The position numbers were made by a program, and so were the translations under genes. Below the pieces are notes generated by a model, which had not been told where the DNA came from, ran no database searches, and saw only the letters and a list, made by a program, of their open reading frames with translations. DNA of 64,000 nucleotides from Schizochytrium sp. TIO01 (Eukaryota; Protista; Bigyra: Labyrinthulomycetes): the NCBI GenBank assembly GCA_004764695.1, contig SMSO01000037.1, positions 2,518,747 through 2,582,746 on the forward strand, given 5' to 3'. Of this stretch, positions 13,801 to 23,945 are shown in pieces (positions within the stretch are counted from its first letter, which is position 1; the number at the start of each line of letters is the position of its first letter).

Positions 13801-14124
13801 ATTTTCGACGAGGCGTACAAGCATCTAGGTTCTGTGCCAGCAGGTGTTAGCCTCGCAGTGGTGCCTGCACTAGATTTAGGTCAGGCGACAACCTCTAAAG
13901 CCTCAACTTCGAGGCAGCCTAAGAAGGCCCCCATTTGGCACCTTGCTTCAAGTATAGACTCACCGCGTAGCTTTGGGGATGAGGATGGGGAAAGTGCTCG
14001 GGAGAGTGGCGGTCGGCACCGTCGGAGTCCACGGAGTTCTCCACGCTCTCGTGGGTCGGACTCTCGCTCCAGATCTCCTCGCACTGCTGCCTCCAACTCG
14101 CCAAGATCTTCTCGATATTACTGA
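7858..14124 (+). CDS. Giant multi-EF-hand Ca2+-binding protein (~2,088 aa) with an internal MABP domain and a C-terminal RanBP2/NZF-type zinc finger
   Basis: Uninterrupted 6.3-kb ORF. The track starts at GTG 7807; the first ATG is at 7858. More than 20 paired EF-hand loops (e.g. DRDRKGFINAEE, DTDKNGHVSYDE, DVNRDGRIDRDE, DKSGDGLVDAKE, DQDGDGFVDLDE, DRNGNGRVSAVE, DHNENGQIELAE, DASGNGKISRRE, DTNGNGTVDYFE). Three beta-prism repeats (V/I-x-D-I/V ... GY ... N/D-L/V-N-x-G ... L-F/W) at ~9013-9510. WDCPVC-x11-CEMC zinc finger at ~13675-13750. Ser/Arg-rich low-complexity termini. Confidence 0.95.
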   Translation: MFARRALANSSATRSRADSDAAYSAGPLTLSSDEDEDEDMKSRSRMASGSMFSAGSFFSGDDEDEFDESDDHYDDGNGDGKNSSLRQRSTSTKSSKTLQPKFIDKHSSDSHSIPSSKSSSSSLSSHRTAKTDGNKSDTSSSSEPGDNDSDEKEQSNSDTDDNENHEKQQGSIDKLASEICKTLREQARNGDDVMRLIKVRFESLDRDRKGFINAEEFRQLIAAVLGGRAISSDNAADLLKRFKADTDKNGHVSYDEFVSFVSLDRHAIANMANKLRRALHNLLRKDETGSVADLFGRFCDARRNAIGTTEFQNIARVVKVGAEVLTAGELEGLMRYLDRQGKGFIDISDFQLFIEDPSKTKSRSKSVGMDEEETKDTEEDAAAAHVVVDVRLAIHGQSKKRKEEQEALLAQGYTRLASNLNDRGRGYPLHLFVKRANSKVFADEDAFQRARVTDIALSRSSKDASMLALGYQCVEPYSVNEGAWFTRTQYLWIRRNAEDPHPILDIAVTAGRKRDLASKLWTPPFRGYKRIEGDLNAGNRGSQVFLWYFKDQLNQDEGPFAQMARICRSKLRALADKQEINLDKLWEQYDKRDKGYIPRAKVRYLITQDVGIKLEKTDLSKVLDLLDVNRDGRIDRDEFMEFLAFNPAEVDRLMVKIYEALVQRDLAGSRSAIKRWFLSSASESGSAATAEYKSLEDTARSHGRRASAASKIQTTSKSPKEMSRALKKIGIKLAPEELKTIMGRFDKSGDGLVDAKEFVDAILLCAKRVKVTKAQQEEEGDAAAKTYVNVELAARKLRSYARNLAGPDLDMSRACDGLLGGGDKDRLTRDRVREILQSELKLDLSDKEIAMLLLRTGTSRTKVTDFCTCSTYLDAVLNRVVDAALNVEIHRFFRQLDSAGQGRLSRVDFANGLKNLELDGQHIQLSPKEVNQIVQRFDQDGDGFVDLDEFLQFIQSAERARRAARDALLDEEERKLDDARVVYVFSALRKLHVASMHSVDQLFAKFCDNPDRQTFSLDGLERGLQRLGLVPQEVQLSAAQFQQVFRRLDLAGIGVVNKRQFERFLTRRQQGNKSGGADLMSPQVPLSRRLRSTLKPVVRSAEATFHEIDIRGTGRVLAKAFIQVLQGLEIPSRDAQTLAKAFPSENATDAVDYEAFFAWTDQRHQSPNGRKRSPRSSPTSGDDYASSFDRGEASESRAVRLLRRGFGSKARLMAALKSYSEGSDGRLSRNSVNEMLDDAGLGRLSYRDWHELGASSARELCAEVFSTRRGGRSPRRHRGRHSRRSPHSASYYSSSEDDKGDAGDLGNNEDDEEDDEEANLLAEASLARDYVARCLREAMRKENFSWEPAVRLFDHDGSGAIRLRDMSRVLRSIGCRLPLTKLRSVAHVLAAVRDGGQRVNYEHFFARILESASEAANGGSPLHRGRTLGESHEVVPSFAQVEAKIRNALRAEGFAEGLDLDDELARLDRNGNGRVSAVELARALPRLLGGVELSPGELQAIIDQYDHNENGQIELAEFSELIELKDADIDELVVRVKEELRKQARLGTQLIEHFEQYDVHGDGQLSRREFRKCLDQLLPPGRRLGNREVRRLMDRFDQGHHGRVNYQAFCEICNPTEIEMLALEAKVREKVRGIARQSQSDPVDLRRAFKLFDASGNGKISRREFKQACDRLGLSLSEDELELLLKRFDTNGNGTVDYFEFCRFIEYDGAEVEDLVVRAGRHLDNLQREQRDVVQAFAILEGRRRPVGILPRHGFYRGCRDLHMPFSDAEISALADLYSDSGSVKYRDFVLSSLARAGARYLGALASSVNGASGFPFAVDAPSAVAPNSTNADHVWNPSSVQAWLSSQATLDQKRKFEHLHQAMARTYMPPGAHPNSASLGPLHSMSQVSSDLSDEENLGQASQRHSQNRRQQNHRHGEAPRHVKGTIHNTPAFAVPKDRWDCPVCFYKQARGGRLTCEMCDSPCPTPQTTQGGHWPHVKPIFDEAYKHLGSVPAGVSLAVVPALDLGQATTSKASTSRQPKKAPIWHLASSIDSPRSFGDEDGESARESGGRHRRSPRSSPRSRGSDSRSRSPRTAASNSPRSSRYY
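9013..9510 (+). other. MABP (MVB12-associated beta-prism) domain within the EF-hand protein
   Basis: Three internal repeats match the pseudo-threefold MABP pattern of MVB12/DENND4: VVDVRL..GYTRLASNLNDRGRGYPLHLFVKR; VTDIAL..GYQCVEPYSVNEGAWFTRTQYLWIRR; ILDIAV..GYKRIEGDLNAGNRGSQVFLWYFK. Recognised by eye; no HMM run. Confidence 0.8.
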
Positions 14125-14214
14125 GCCACTGCTGCCTCCAACTCGCCAAGATCTTCTCGATATTACTGAGCCACTGCTGCCTCCAATTCGCCAAGACCTT
14201 CTCGATACTACTGA
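14082..14214 (+). repeat. 45-bp tandem repeat x3 spanning the stop codon of the EF-hand gene
   Basis: Unit cactgctgcctccaactcgccaagatcttctcgatattactgagc at 14082, 14127 and 14172. Copies 1 and 2 are identical; copy 3 has 3 substitutions. Confidence 0.97.
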
Positions 14215-17030
14215 TTGTGAGCCAATATTTGTATCTATCCTTTCATGAGATAAACATAGATCTGTTTTTTGTTTTTGTTTTTTGCTTTATTTTTCTCCCT
14301 AGCTTTGTTCGAAATCACCGCGACCTAAAAAGGAAAGAAAGCAAGCACAAGAAGAAACGTAAATTCCTTAATTTAAAAAAGCTTATGCATTCCCGTTTTG
14401 TATCACTATTGACAAGAGTCAGCAACACCCCGAAAAAGTCAGCATCAGCACAAAAATGCAAGATCTTTTCTGTCAGCAACCGGTCCCATTTGCAGAAAGT
14501 ATTTTACCTGGCTGATACCACTGCACACAATCTCTTGCGTTCCAGCCTGCTCCTGCAACTTTGAGAACAGGAAAAACCAATTAAAAACCTTGACAAAGGC
14601 TTTGCCAATTTAAGATCAAACTTAAGCTCGATCGGACCGTTCTTTCACATTCCTTCCTCGGGCAAAAGAACCAAATCCATCGCCGTTTCGGTCAAGAAAA
14701 GTACCAAGAGCTACGACAAGGCGTTACTCTGATCATGATGATTCAGACACTAGAGCTCTTGCCGCGTTCTGAACTCTGGGATTCAATTTACATGTTCCGG
14801 GTCTATTACTGGCCACAAAGGTCCAGTTATGACAACTGCTCGGGAGAGTTAAGTCAGCGTCATTTCTGCTCCACCATATATCAGAAATGAATTTCCTTAA
14901 GCTGCCTGGGATTTCTGGGTTTCCATTAGGAGATGTTTTCAATGACAGAGGAGTTTACGTTGAGATGAGGGCTTAAAGATAGCATTGTTTCACCCATTAG
15001 CACTATTCGGCAAATCTCCATCTCTCCCACAAATACCCTGAATTAGCTTTTCTGAAACGCATTCCGGTCTCAGCATGGGTTTCCCCGTAGGTTTTGCTTT
15101 CTTTGGTCGTTGAAATGGCACGGAGTTCAATTTATTGAGTTCCAATCAAAATTGGGACAGGAACAAGTCTCTTGGCAGTCCATCCACGTGGCTTAAACTT
15201 CAAGTTCAAGTGTATTAGTGCGGCTGCTCTAAAGAGGATAGGTAGGTAGAGTATCTAGGTACCTACCACAAGAGCTAAATCCGAGTGTCTTGGTGCAAGC
15301 TAGGTTCAGCAAAGCCTCATTCCGCACTTCGTTCTTTTTACTCGACACTTAAAAAAAAAAAACAGAATGCGCTTTGCTGTTTTTGTGTCCCTTTTCATAT
15401 GCGCCGTAAGACCTTCTGTAGTCTACAACCTCATGCAACCCCGGTGTATTATGATGAGAGCAGGTTTGTGTCATTAGTTGTTATCGATTTTAAAGAGCGA
15501 GACGATAGCCTTAAAAAAATTAAAAAAAAAAATAAAACTAAAAAGGACTGATCGTCCCAAATAATAATCACCCGTCGAGTCCCAGCTGCGAGAGTGTTTA
15601 CGATCATCACCTTGCGATAAGTACCCGCCACCGTTCTTTCGATAACAGTTGATCTGAACACGTTTACCTACTGGTTTGTTACTGCCTCCTGAAAGTAAAA
15701 GTTCGGGCACTTTGACTAAAGAATTGGTTAGACTTGGCAATCATTTTGCCTCCTGAATCTTTGAACTCTTCATTCAGCCTGCCCAAGGAGCTTGCAGGAC
15801 GGAGCAAACTAAGCCGAAGCGAACGAATTGCAATGTACCAGCATTGTTCCTCGCCTTCTCCTCTGCAAACCAGAGCTTAATTGCTACTCAATGGTTGCTT
15901 GTCTTCTATTCCTATGTAAATATAAATGACTGATAGATAGGTAGGTAGGTATCTATAGATTGATTGATTGCGGCAGCTTGTAATTCTAGCTAGTATCCTG
16001 CCTCTGGTTTGTGCACCCTCATTGCCGCCTGCGAAGTTGTGCTCTCTCGTGCAGTTTTGGGTGGCTAGCGCTGACTCTACTGGCAACCTACCAAACGTCG
16101 TTCCAAAGCTCGCCTGCCCGACAGTTTCCTGCGGCCAAGGCTGCTGCTGGTCCGCAGCAAGGCTGGTCTCACTCTCTGATGCGAAGATGCTGATTCCGCA
16201 AGCTTGTCTTTACGAAGGCTCCACTCGAGGGAGCGGAACCTGGAGCGATAGATAGTTGCCGGCTGTCAGGAGTCAGTCAGTTGGGCTGACACGGGCTTTC
16301 GGTTAAAGATCGAGCGAGCGAGCATGCCGAGGACCGGGTAGAGTCGAGGATTTGTAAATAAGATCTCTTTCATCCTTCTTCTCTGTCTCGAAGAAAAACG
16401 AAGCCTCAATTCCTCCCCCCCCCAGAAAAAACAAAAATAAAAGAAAATAAAAGGAACCTCATGAAAACTTTTCTTCAAAAGTTAATCCTGAAAAAAATAA
16501 AATAATAAAAATAAAACTAAGGATTCAAGTCGAAAAATCGTTGAAAACTCTATAAAACTCTTAATTTTTATAAAAAACAAGCAGAATACTTTAAAAACTT
16601 TGATCATCGCAAACCTACTACGAAAATAAAATCAAACAAGAACATCACGGAAAACTTAGTTTACTCTCTCAAACGACAACCAAACAATGCCATTCTCCAT
16701 CCCTTCTTCACCTTCACCTCCCCCCCCCCCTCTCTCTCCATCAATGCTCTCAAGTCTGAGACAGACCCCTTCCTCCATTCCATTCCTTCTCTGACAGAAC
16801 CCAAGAACTGAACGCCCAATCATCCCTTCCGCACACATACAGATACATTACGACAACAAAAGTTGACTTAGGAATCTCTGGTCTCCATAGTCGACGATTT
16901 CCAAGATACCCGCACAGCCATCGTCTCCAAAACGTCTCGTTTACCGAGCACTGCATCCTCTCGAGACGGCATCGCGACCCGACCTAGCTCAGTGCTTCAA
17001 AAGCCTCGTTTTGCTGAGCTTAGCGAAGAA

Positions 17031-17061
<31 letters not shown>

Positions 17062-18527
17062 CAGTATCGTTCATCGTGGCAGACCATTATTAAAACCGCT
17101 GCGAACTTTAGTTGGAGTGTTCCGTAAAGGATCGCGGCGCTGACTCTTCTCTCAGAGCTCTCGCTGCAAAGCTTGCTGCTGTTTGCTTAATTTACTAATC
17201 AGCTGATTGCCGGCCGCGCCCTGCCAGGCTACCCCGCGCGTCTTCAGGCTGAGCCACGGATCACGCATCGCCCAACGATTGCCTGCCTGCCTGCCTGCCT
17301 TCGAAGGACTTGACTTGAGTTGCATTGCATTGGTCGCTTTGCAAGTCCAGCAGCGTCCAATTCGCGGGCTCAGCGAAGCCGAGTGACTCTGGCGCCATCT
17401 TCGTGCCAGCTAGTAGTCACCTACTGGCTGGATAGTAGCTGGGCTTCCTTCCTTCTCCTAGGATGGGTAGTACCTAGGGGCTTAGGAAACCAGCTACCTG
17501 GACGGCTAGGAGTCGCTCTTTCTGCGCAACGCAAATTTAGCCTCTGTGCACACCCTACGTGCAGTCCTTGGGACTGCATTGCGGCTGCTGTTTAATTCTG
17601 AGCGCAAGCTGCAACAGCACAGCCTAAACAGCGTTGCTCCAGCCTGAAAAGGTGGCTTTGGAAACATGGTTGAGGCCCTGTCGAACATTGTGAGCATCGG
17701 CAAAGAAAGAAGAAGAAGAAGAAGCAAAGGAGGCCCTGACTGTCATTTATTTGCACATGCGCTGCACATATCCAAAACACTAGCATACCTACTACTGCAT
17801 ATTTGGTAGACATTAGAAGGGGCTGTCTGCTTGGGATTAGGCACGGATAGAGATAGATACGCATCTTTCGGCGCATACCGTTGCAAAAAGCACCTGGCGG
17901 GCGTGAAATTAAAATTGATGTTGTTCATCAGGTATCTTCGGCCTCGTGCCGGCTCGGCTAGAGGACCATGATGGGAAGGACCTTCAAAGCAGGATCACTC
18001 TCAACTCAAATTCCCCAAGTTGCCATTTAAAGACCCACGACTTGCTAGCTGACTTCATGATATGGAACTTCCAAAGAAAGTAAAAAAAGTCATCGCTGAG
18101 AATATGCATATTATTTTATTTTAATTAATTAAAATAAAATAAATAAATAAATGTCAAGTTAGAAAGTAAAGGGGTCCGTTGTTGAGGTGGAATGAATGCT
18201 ATTGTTTATCATCAGAACTGCCATGGATTGCCCTTTAAGTGGGTTGAAGCCGCCTTGAAAAAACTAATTTCACGACATAAACCAACGCAAGGGCACAGGA
18301 AGCTAGTTCTTTCAACTATTATACAGCGAGGAAATAAATAACTCAGGACTAGTCAGCGCACACCATTTTGATCTTCCCATGGGGGGGCATCTCATTCTTA
18401 GTGTATTTTACTAATCATAGTAGCCTTCGAATTTGTTGTTGTGTTCTAATTTGGACTATTACAATAAGTTATGATTTTCAATTTTATTTCTTGCGAATTT
18501 TTAAAATTAATAATAAGACTATAATAA

Positions 18528-18627
18528 AAGAAAAGAAAAAAAGGTCTCCTTTCTGTTTTTTTTTTTTTTTTTTTTTTTGTTTTTTTTTTTTTTTTTTAAG
18601 AAAAGAAAAAAAGGTCTCCTTTCTGTT
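18528..18627. repeat. 30-bp direct repeat flanking a ~40-nt poly(T) tract
   Basis: aagaaaagaaaaaaaggtctcctttctgtt at 18528-18557 and 18598-18627; the sequence between is T except for one G. Confidence 0.9.
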
Positions 18628-19760
18628 CTTTTTTTTAAAAAGAAAGAAAGGAAAAGAAAAGAAAAGGTAAAAAGAAAACCCTAGCTAGAAAACTAAAAGA
18701 GGCTAGCATTCATCAATGCCTAGCTAGGCAGTGGTCGCCTGCATAATTCAACTATCAAAGTTCAAAGTGTCGTTAGTGACATACGTTGCCGCTGTTGATG
18801 AATTACTGATGATGCGCTGCGAGCTTTTCTTTCAAAAAGTTCCTACTCATCGTGGGCATGCGTGCCTTCAACAATGTATAAACAGGTATACAATATGGTA
18901 TTAAACTTCTGTGATTGCTTACATACTTCTAGGTTCTTACCTGATTCTTACTTTCTTTTTTTCTTTTCTTCTTTCTTTCTTGCGCACATAACCATCCACT
19001 TAACGTTTTCGCTACCAGTGGCCCTGCTTCCTTCCTTCCTTCCTTCCATCATATATTCCTGGTCATAAATAATGCCTTCGCTGAATCCTAATCCGTGAAA
19101 TCCGCAAGAAGCACCAGAGAATTGATTGAGCTTGACCGGTTTTAAAGGCGCCTGTGCAGCCAACCGACCTTCTTCACGGGCTCCACCGGGGTCCCTGCCA
19201 CGTACATCTCGCCGTACATTTCGGCCCCATCCATGCGCAGTCGAGCGGCAGGGAAAGAAAGCGAATTCATATTATTTATTTATTTTTCACAGAAAGGAAA
19301 CTATTATTGGCTATTACAGTACCTGATGCTACTTAGGTACTACTAACTAACTACATCGAAGTGGAAGTGCTCTAAAATGCATTCTGAAATGACGGCGCTT
19401 CATTCCTTAAGTTCTCGCGGTTGGGTCAGGCCATACAAGCAAGCACTCAGTCGATTAATTCCCTGCCCGGTCGCTCCGGATGCATGCTCAGAGCTCGGCT
19501 GTTTATGTATCCCAGCACGGGCCTGGGTACGGGTATGGGTGCGGCTGCGCCACGCAACGTACCCTGCGCCTTGGATACTGTCCTGGCAAATTCGTAATTG
19601 TAATCTTCGCTAGTTAGCTAGCACTCGGACTGCTACCCGGTTTCCTAATGCGGGTATATTTATATTTCTATGACCATAAAATAGTTTTCAAGGAGCAAAT
19701 TCACAGTTAATGGCAGAGAATGAGATCCGGAAATCCGAGGAAAATGGGTCTCTGGGACTC

Positions 19761-19806
<46 letters not shown>
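19761..19806. repeat. (ATA)n microsatellite
   Basis: About 15 perfect units. Confidence 0.97.
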
Positions 19807-19809
<3 letters not shown>

Positions 19810-21481
19810 TAGCAATAATAAATGTGCCTGGTTTGCTTCGCTTTTCTCGAATTACACCTTCACCTCGCCAATGTAATTTCGCATTGGCCAATCCCTTCGT
19901 CCAAATCCCTGCCGTCCTCCAAAGACAATTGCAGAAACGAACGATCGAATAAACAAACAACAAACAAACGAACAAACGAACAAAGCAATGCATTCGTGCA
20001 TACACACGCTTCTCCATAAACCCCTTTGCGTTGAGCTTTTCAGCTTCATTCACCTCTATTATGTAATCAACAGATCCAATGCGTCCCACCGCACAATAAC
20101 GTTGTGTAAACCCCCTCGAATATGCTCAACTTCGCCTCAAACCTGAATATCTGCGCTTCAGCAACGACGTCAGTATCGCTTTATCGCATGCGCCGCTTCC
20201 TTTCCTCGTCTCCTCCATCTCAACTTGAGCATCTCCTGCGTCTTCTCAGACACTTCACATTTCTTCGATGGGTTTCATTTCGTTTAGCGCAGACCGAGAA
20301 GCGCACAGTGCGCCTCGCGGAAGAAAAGAAAGAAGAAGAAAACTAACCAACTTGAACAACTCAGTGCTTACTTACTTACCTATAAGGGGAGAGATTCTCT
20401 GGTTGTTTGTTTGATTTAGTAGTAAACTTAGTTCTTCACGGAAGCGAAGTCTGAGAATCCAGCCAGCAAGCACCTGCTCGTACAGAGGTGTTTGTTTGCA
20501 TACCTACGCTCACAGCTTCTGCCCGTGAATGATCCTCGAGGAGTAATAATGTCTCTCGCTCGATCTTGCTTTACGGCGGAGGCTTCGTGGTCTCAAACGA
20601 CGCAAGGGGACGCAAGGCACCTGTCCTGACGGCGCTGTTCCTCTTTGCTTTGTTTTTCTTTTGTTTTTGTTTTTGTTTTCGCGGCCCCTGTAGAACATTT
20701 TTCCCTCTCCTTTCTTTCTTTGTTTTCTTTGTTTTCTTTCTTGAAGGATGGGGCAGGCAGGCCACGCCAACGGAGTTGAAGCAGACGGCTTTGAGCCGCG
20801 GGGCGCACGGGTTTAGCCGGACCTGCGTGCGTACTCGTCGCTTTCGCTTGCTTGCTTGCTTGCTTGCTTGCTTGCCGTGAGAAACTGGACAGAGTCTGAC
20901 CAACAATAAGGACTGACTGACTGACTGACTGACTGACTGATATAGACAACACTTCGAAACAAACAAACACCCACGAAAGAAGCAAAGGAGGAAGGTGGGA
21001 GAACAGAACACAGGAGATGGAACGGGTCGGCTCTGGCAGAGAAAGTCTGTTTTTTCTTTTCTTTTCTTTTTTGAGAAAAGAAAAGAACCGGATGAGTGAG
21101 GATGCATGGGAAAAGAGCAAGAGGAAAGGGAAAGAAAAGCAGCTCAATCTCAGTAGTCCAATCAACATCATCAATCAATCAGTCGATCAGTCAATCAATT
21201 TGTATGTTCATTTATGTGCTCATGTCATGTTATGTATAATTAGCGATGATCGCCTGTGCCGAGGCCGCTGCCATCTCGTGTGTGTGTCTGCTCTGCCGAC
21301 GACTCCGTGGCCCGCTGTGCAGAGCTGTGCAGAGCCGACAGCGCTCGTGTGGCGGCGAAGGCGCGGGTGGCTAGAAAAACAAACACATGGATGGATAGAT
21401 CGCAGCCTCTGGCAGTGTTTCGTAAGTTAAAGCAAAGCACGCGCGCAATGACGGTCATTCTTGTTTGTTGTACAATTGAAT

Positions 21482-21536
21482 AAACAAACAAACAAACAAA
21501 CAAACAAACAAACAAACAAACAAACAAACAAACAAA
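21482..21536. repeat. (AAAC)n microsatellite
   Basis: About 13 perfect units. Confidence 0.97.
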
Positions 21537-23900
21537 GGAATGGACAATAAATGGTCGTGATGGCGATAAAAGTAGAAGCTAAGAAATTACATTTTGAAAG
21601 GCAACGTCCTTTGTTTCCTTCGATGCGTTTCGTTCTCGTTCTTGGCGTTTGTGTGGTGCTTGCTGTTCGTTTTGCTCTTTCCCTAAGGACTCATGCCGGG
21701 TTTCCCCAGGTTTGCTTACCTAAGCAGGGCAGGGCAGAGCAGGGCAGTCGAAGAGCAGCGGATGATGGATGTTGCTGCTGAGCTGAGTCTGCCAATCTGC
21801 CCTCTCTTTGGAGCCTTGGTGGATCGAGGCTGCTGTTGATTGGTGGTCCTTGCTCTGCAGGCGTCGTCTCTCTCTCTCTCTGATCTGTTGCACTTGAAAG
21901 AAAGGGTGCGCCGCCACCGCGTCTGATTCATATTTCGAAGAGAGAACCAAATTCCAGGAGAACGGAGATTGCCAGCAAGCATAATAACTTTAATAATAAC
22001 AATAATAATAATAATAATAATCATAAGTAAGACTTTAGAACTTAAATAAATAAATAAACAACTAGTAGTAAAAACACTATTTCTTGGTTTAGACTACACC
22101 GTGAGGCTTCCTGGCCTTTCTGTTTAGTCAGCCCCCTTGCGATGTGTTTGTTGCCGACCTCGTCTGCCATCAGCCAGGGATGCCAATGCCTCGCTGGGTA
22201 AGAAGGCACGGCCACTTCGAGGCTGCGTTGCAAGACTGGACTTGGGTTTTGGTTGCTAAAGCAGAAAGTTCAAAGTGCTAGAGGTCAAGTCAAAAGTCCG
22301 TTTGTTTATCCATAAAAAGCGCCTCCTAGTGCCTACTACACAAAGGTTACCTACTTAGATAATGTGATAATGTGGTGGTGAAAAAATAGAATAGATTGGA
22401 AAGTAGATGAATGAACTTATGAACGAACGAAAGGCGGCATGAGTTTGGGTGTGGTGTTTTATGAAGGGAGGACTCGAAAAGATCCAATGAATGAAGACAG
22501 CGAGGAAATGGAGGCGCTTGGTCCAGAGAAACGAGCAAGCCAAAATAAAAAACCTATTTGTTTTGATAACTAAAAATGAAAATCTAAAATAAGAACTTCA
22601 TTAAAAAAAATTATAAATAAACTGCAGTATTTATTTTTAAAGAACGCCATGAGAAAAGAAACTTTGGAACATGGAGTCGGGCAGACACGCAACATTGTTG
22701 TTTAAAAAAGCACGGTTCCGATCCTACAGCTCTCTCACAGAAGCTTGGCCATTGATCATGATCTCTTCATAGCTTGTTGTATGCCTTTGTATCGCTTTGG
22801 CGTCGTCCTTAGGGCGCACTGGCAGCTTGATTTTGCAGGCTTAGGCTCAATCCAAGAACCTCTGTTCCTGTTCCTTTAAAAAGCTTTTTGTTTTTAAAAT
22901 ATGAAAAAAAAAAAGTGTTATCAAGGTAAGCGCGCCTCCTCCTCTTCTGACTGAATAAAGATAAAGAAAGTTTTTTTGACTTCCATCTTTAAAAATAAAA
23001 ATAAAAATAATGAATAAAAGAAAGAAAAAGAAACACGAAACGCATAACATAGTAGTACAGCGACGTGTGGAGATAAGAGATACCTACCCCTGTACCTATT
23101 TACCTGGAAACAGACGCCTCAAAAGCTTCCTCTTCCTTTCACGGAGCTGAAGAAAGCATCCTCCCTTCTCAAGTCTCTACTAGGCCGCCTACATGGTACT
23201 TTGCAAGAAATACCTACCTAGGTACCTAGAGAAGCAAGAAATTGATAATGAATTCAGAGAGAAAAAAGAAAAGAAAAAGAAAAACAAGGACCACGAGACA
23301 GACCCAGACAGACAGACAAACAAACAAACAGACACACAGACACACAGACACACGGCAAAAGCATAATTGCCCTGTGGACGGAGTGACTTCTGGCGTTGAG
23401 AGAGTGATCCCCTGCGCCACCCCCCCCCCTTCCCTCCCTCGTCTGCCGAACTCTTATATCGAGGAGTGCTACGCGTCCTCGCTAACTGGGTCTCCCTCAA
23501 AGAGGCCGAGCCTGGCCATCAGCTCTTCCCTGCTTTTACTTATCCTTGTTCTTCGGATTACCTCTTTCTTCTCATATTCTCATAGCCTTCCTCGATTCTT
23601 TCGAGAGGCGCACAACAAACTCCAAACTCCAGACTCGTACTGAAGTACAAACTAGGCACAAACGGAACGCGCCATCTCGGACAGTCGCAACTCACGCGCC
23701 CTGTTCTGAGTAGAAATTCCTCCACGAGAAGACAGCTTGGTTTCTGTGGATCGACCTGAGTCTCTCTCACTGTGGACAGTACAACCACTATACAAGCTTC
23801 ACTTACTCGGAGCTCGAGATTTGCTTGCGTGGAGCCGTAAGCAAATCTCTGAGAGCAAACAAACAGTTGGCGCTCTGGAGGTATCAAAGCCACAGTTCCC

Positions 23901-23945
23901 ATGGATACAGCTCTCATGGACACAGCTCTCATGGACACAGCTCTG
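23901..23945 (+). repeat. 15-bp tandem repeat x3 at the start codon (MDTAL x3)
   Basis: atggatacagctctc atggacacagctctc atggacacagctctg. Confidence 0.95.

Noticed and set aside
14082-14214. Repeat array superficially resembling CRISPR
   Set aside because: The units are contiguous with no unique spacers, they overlap a eukaryotic CDS end, and there are no cas genes.
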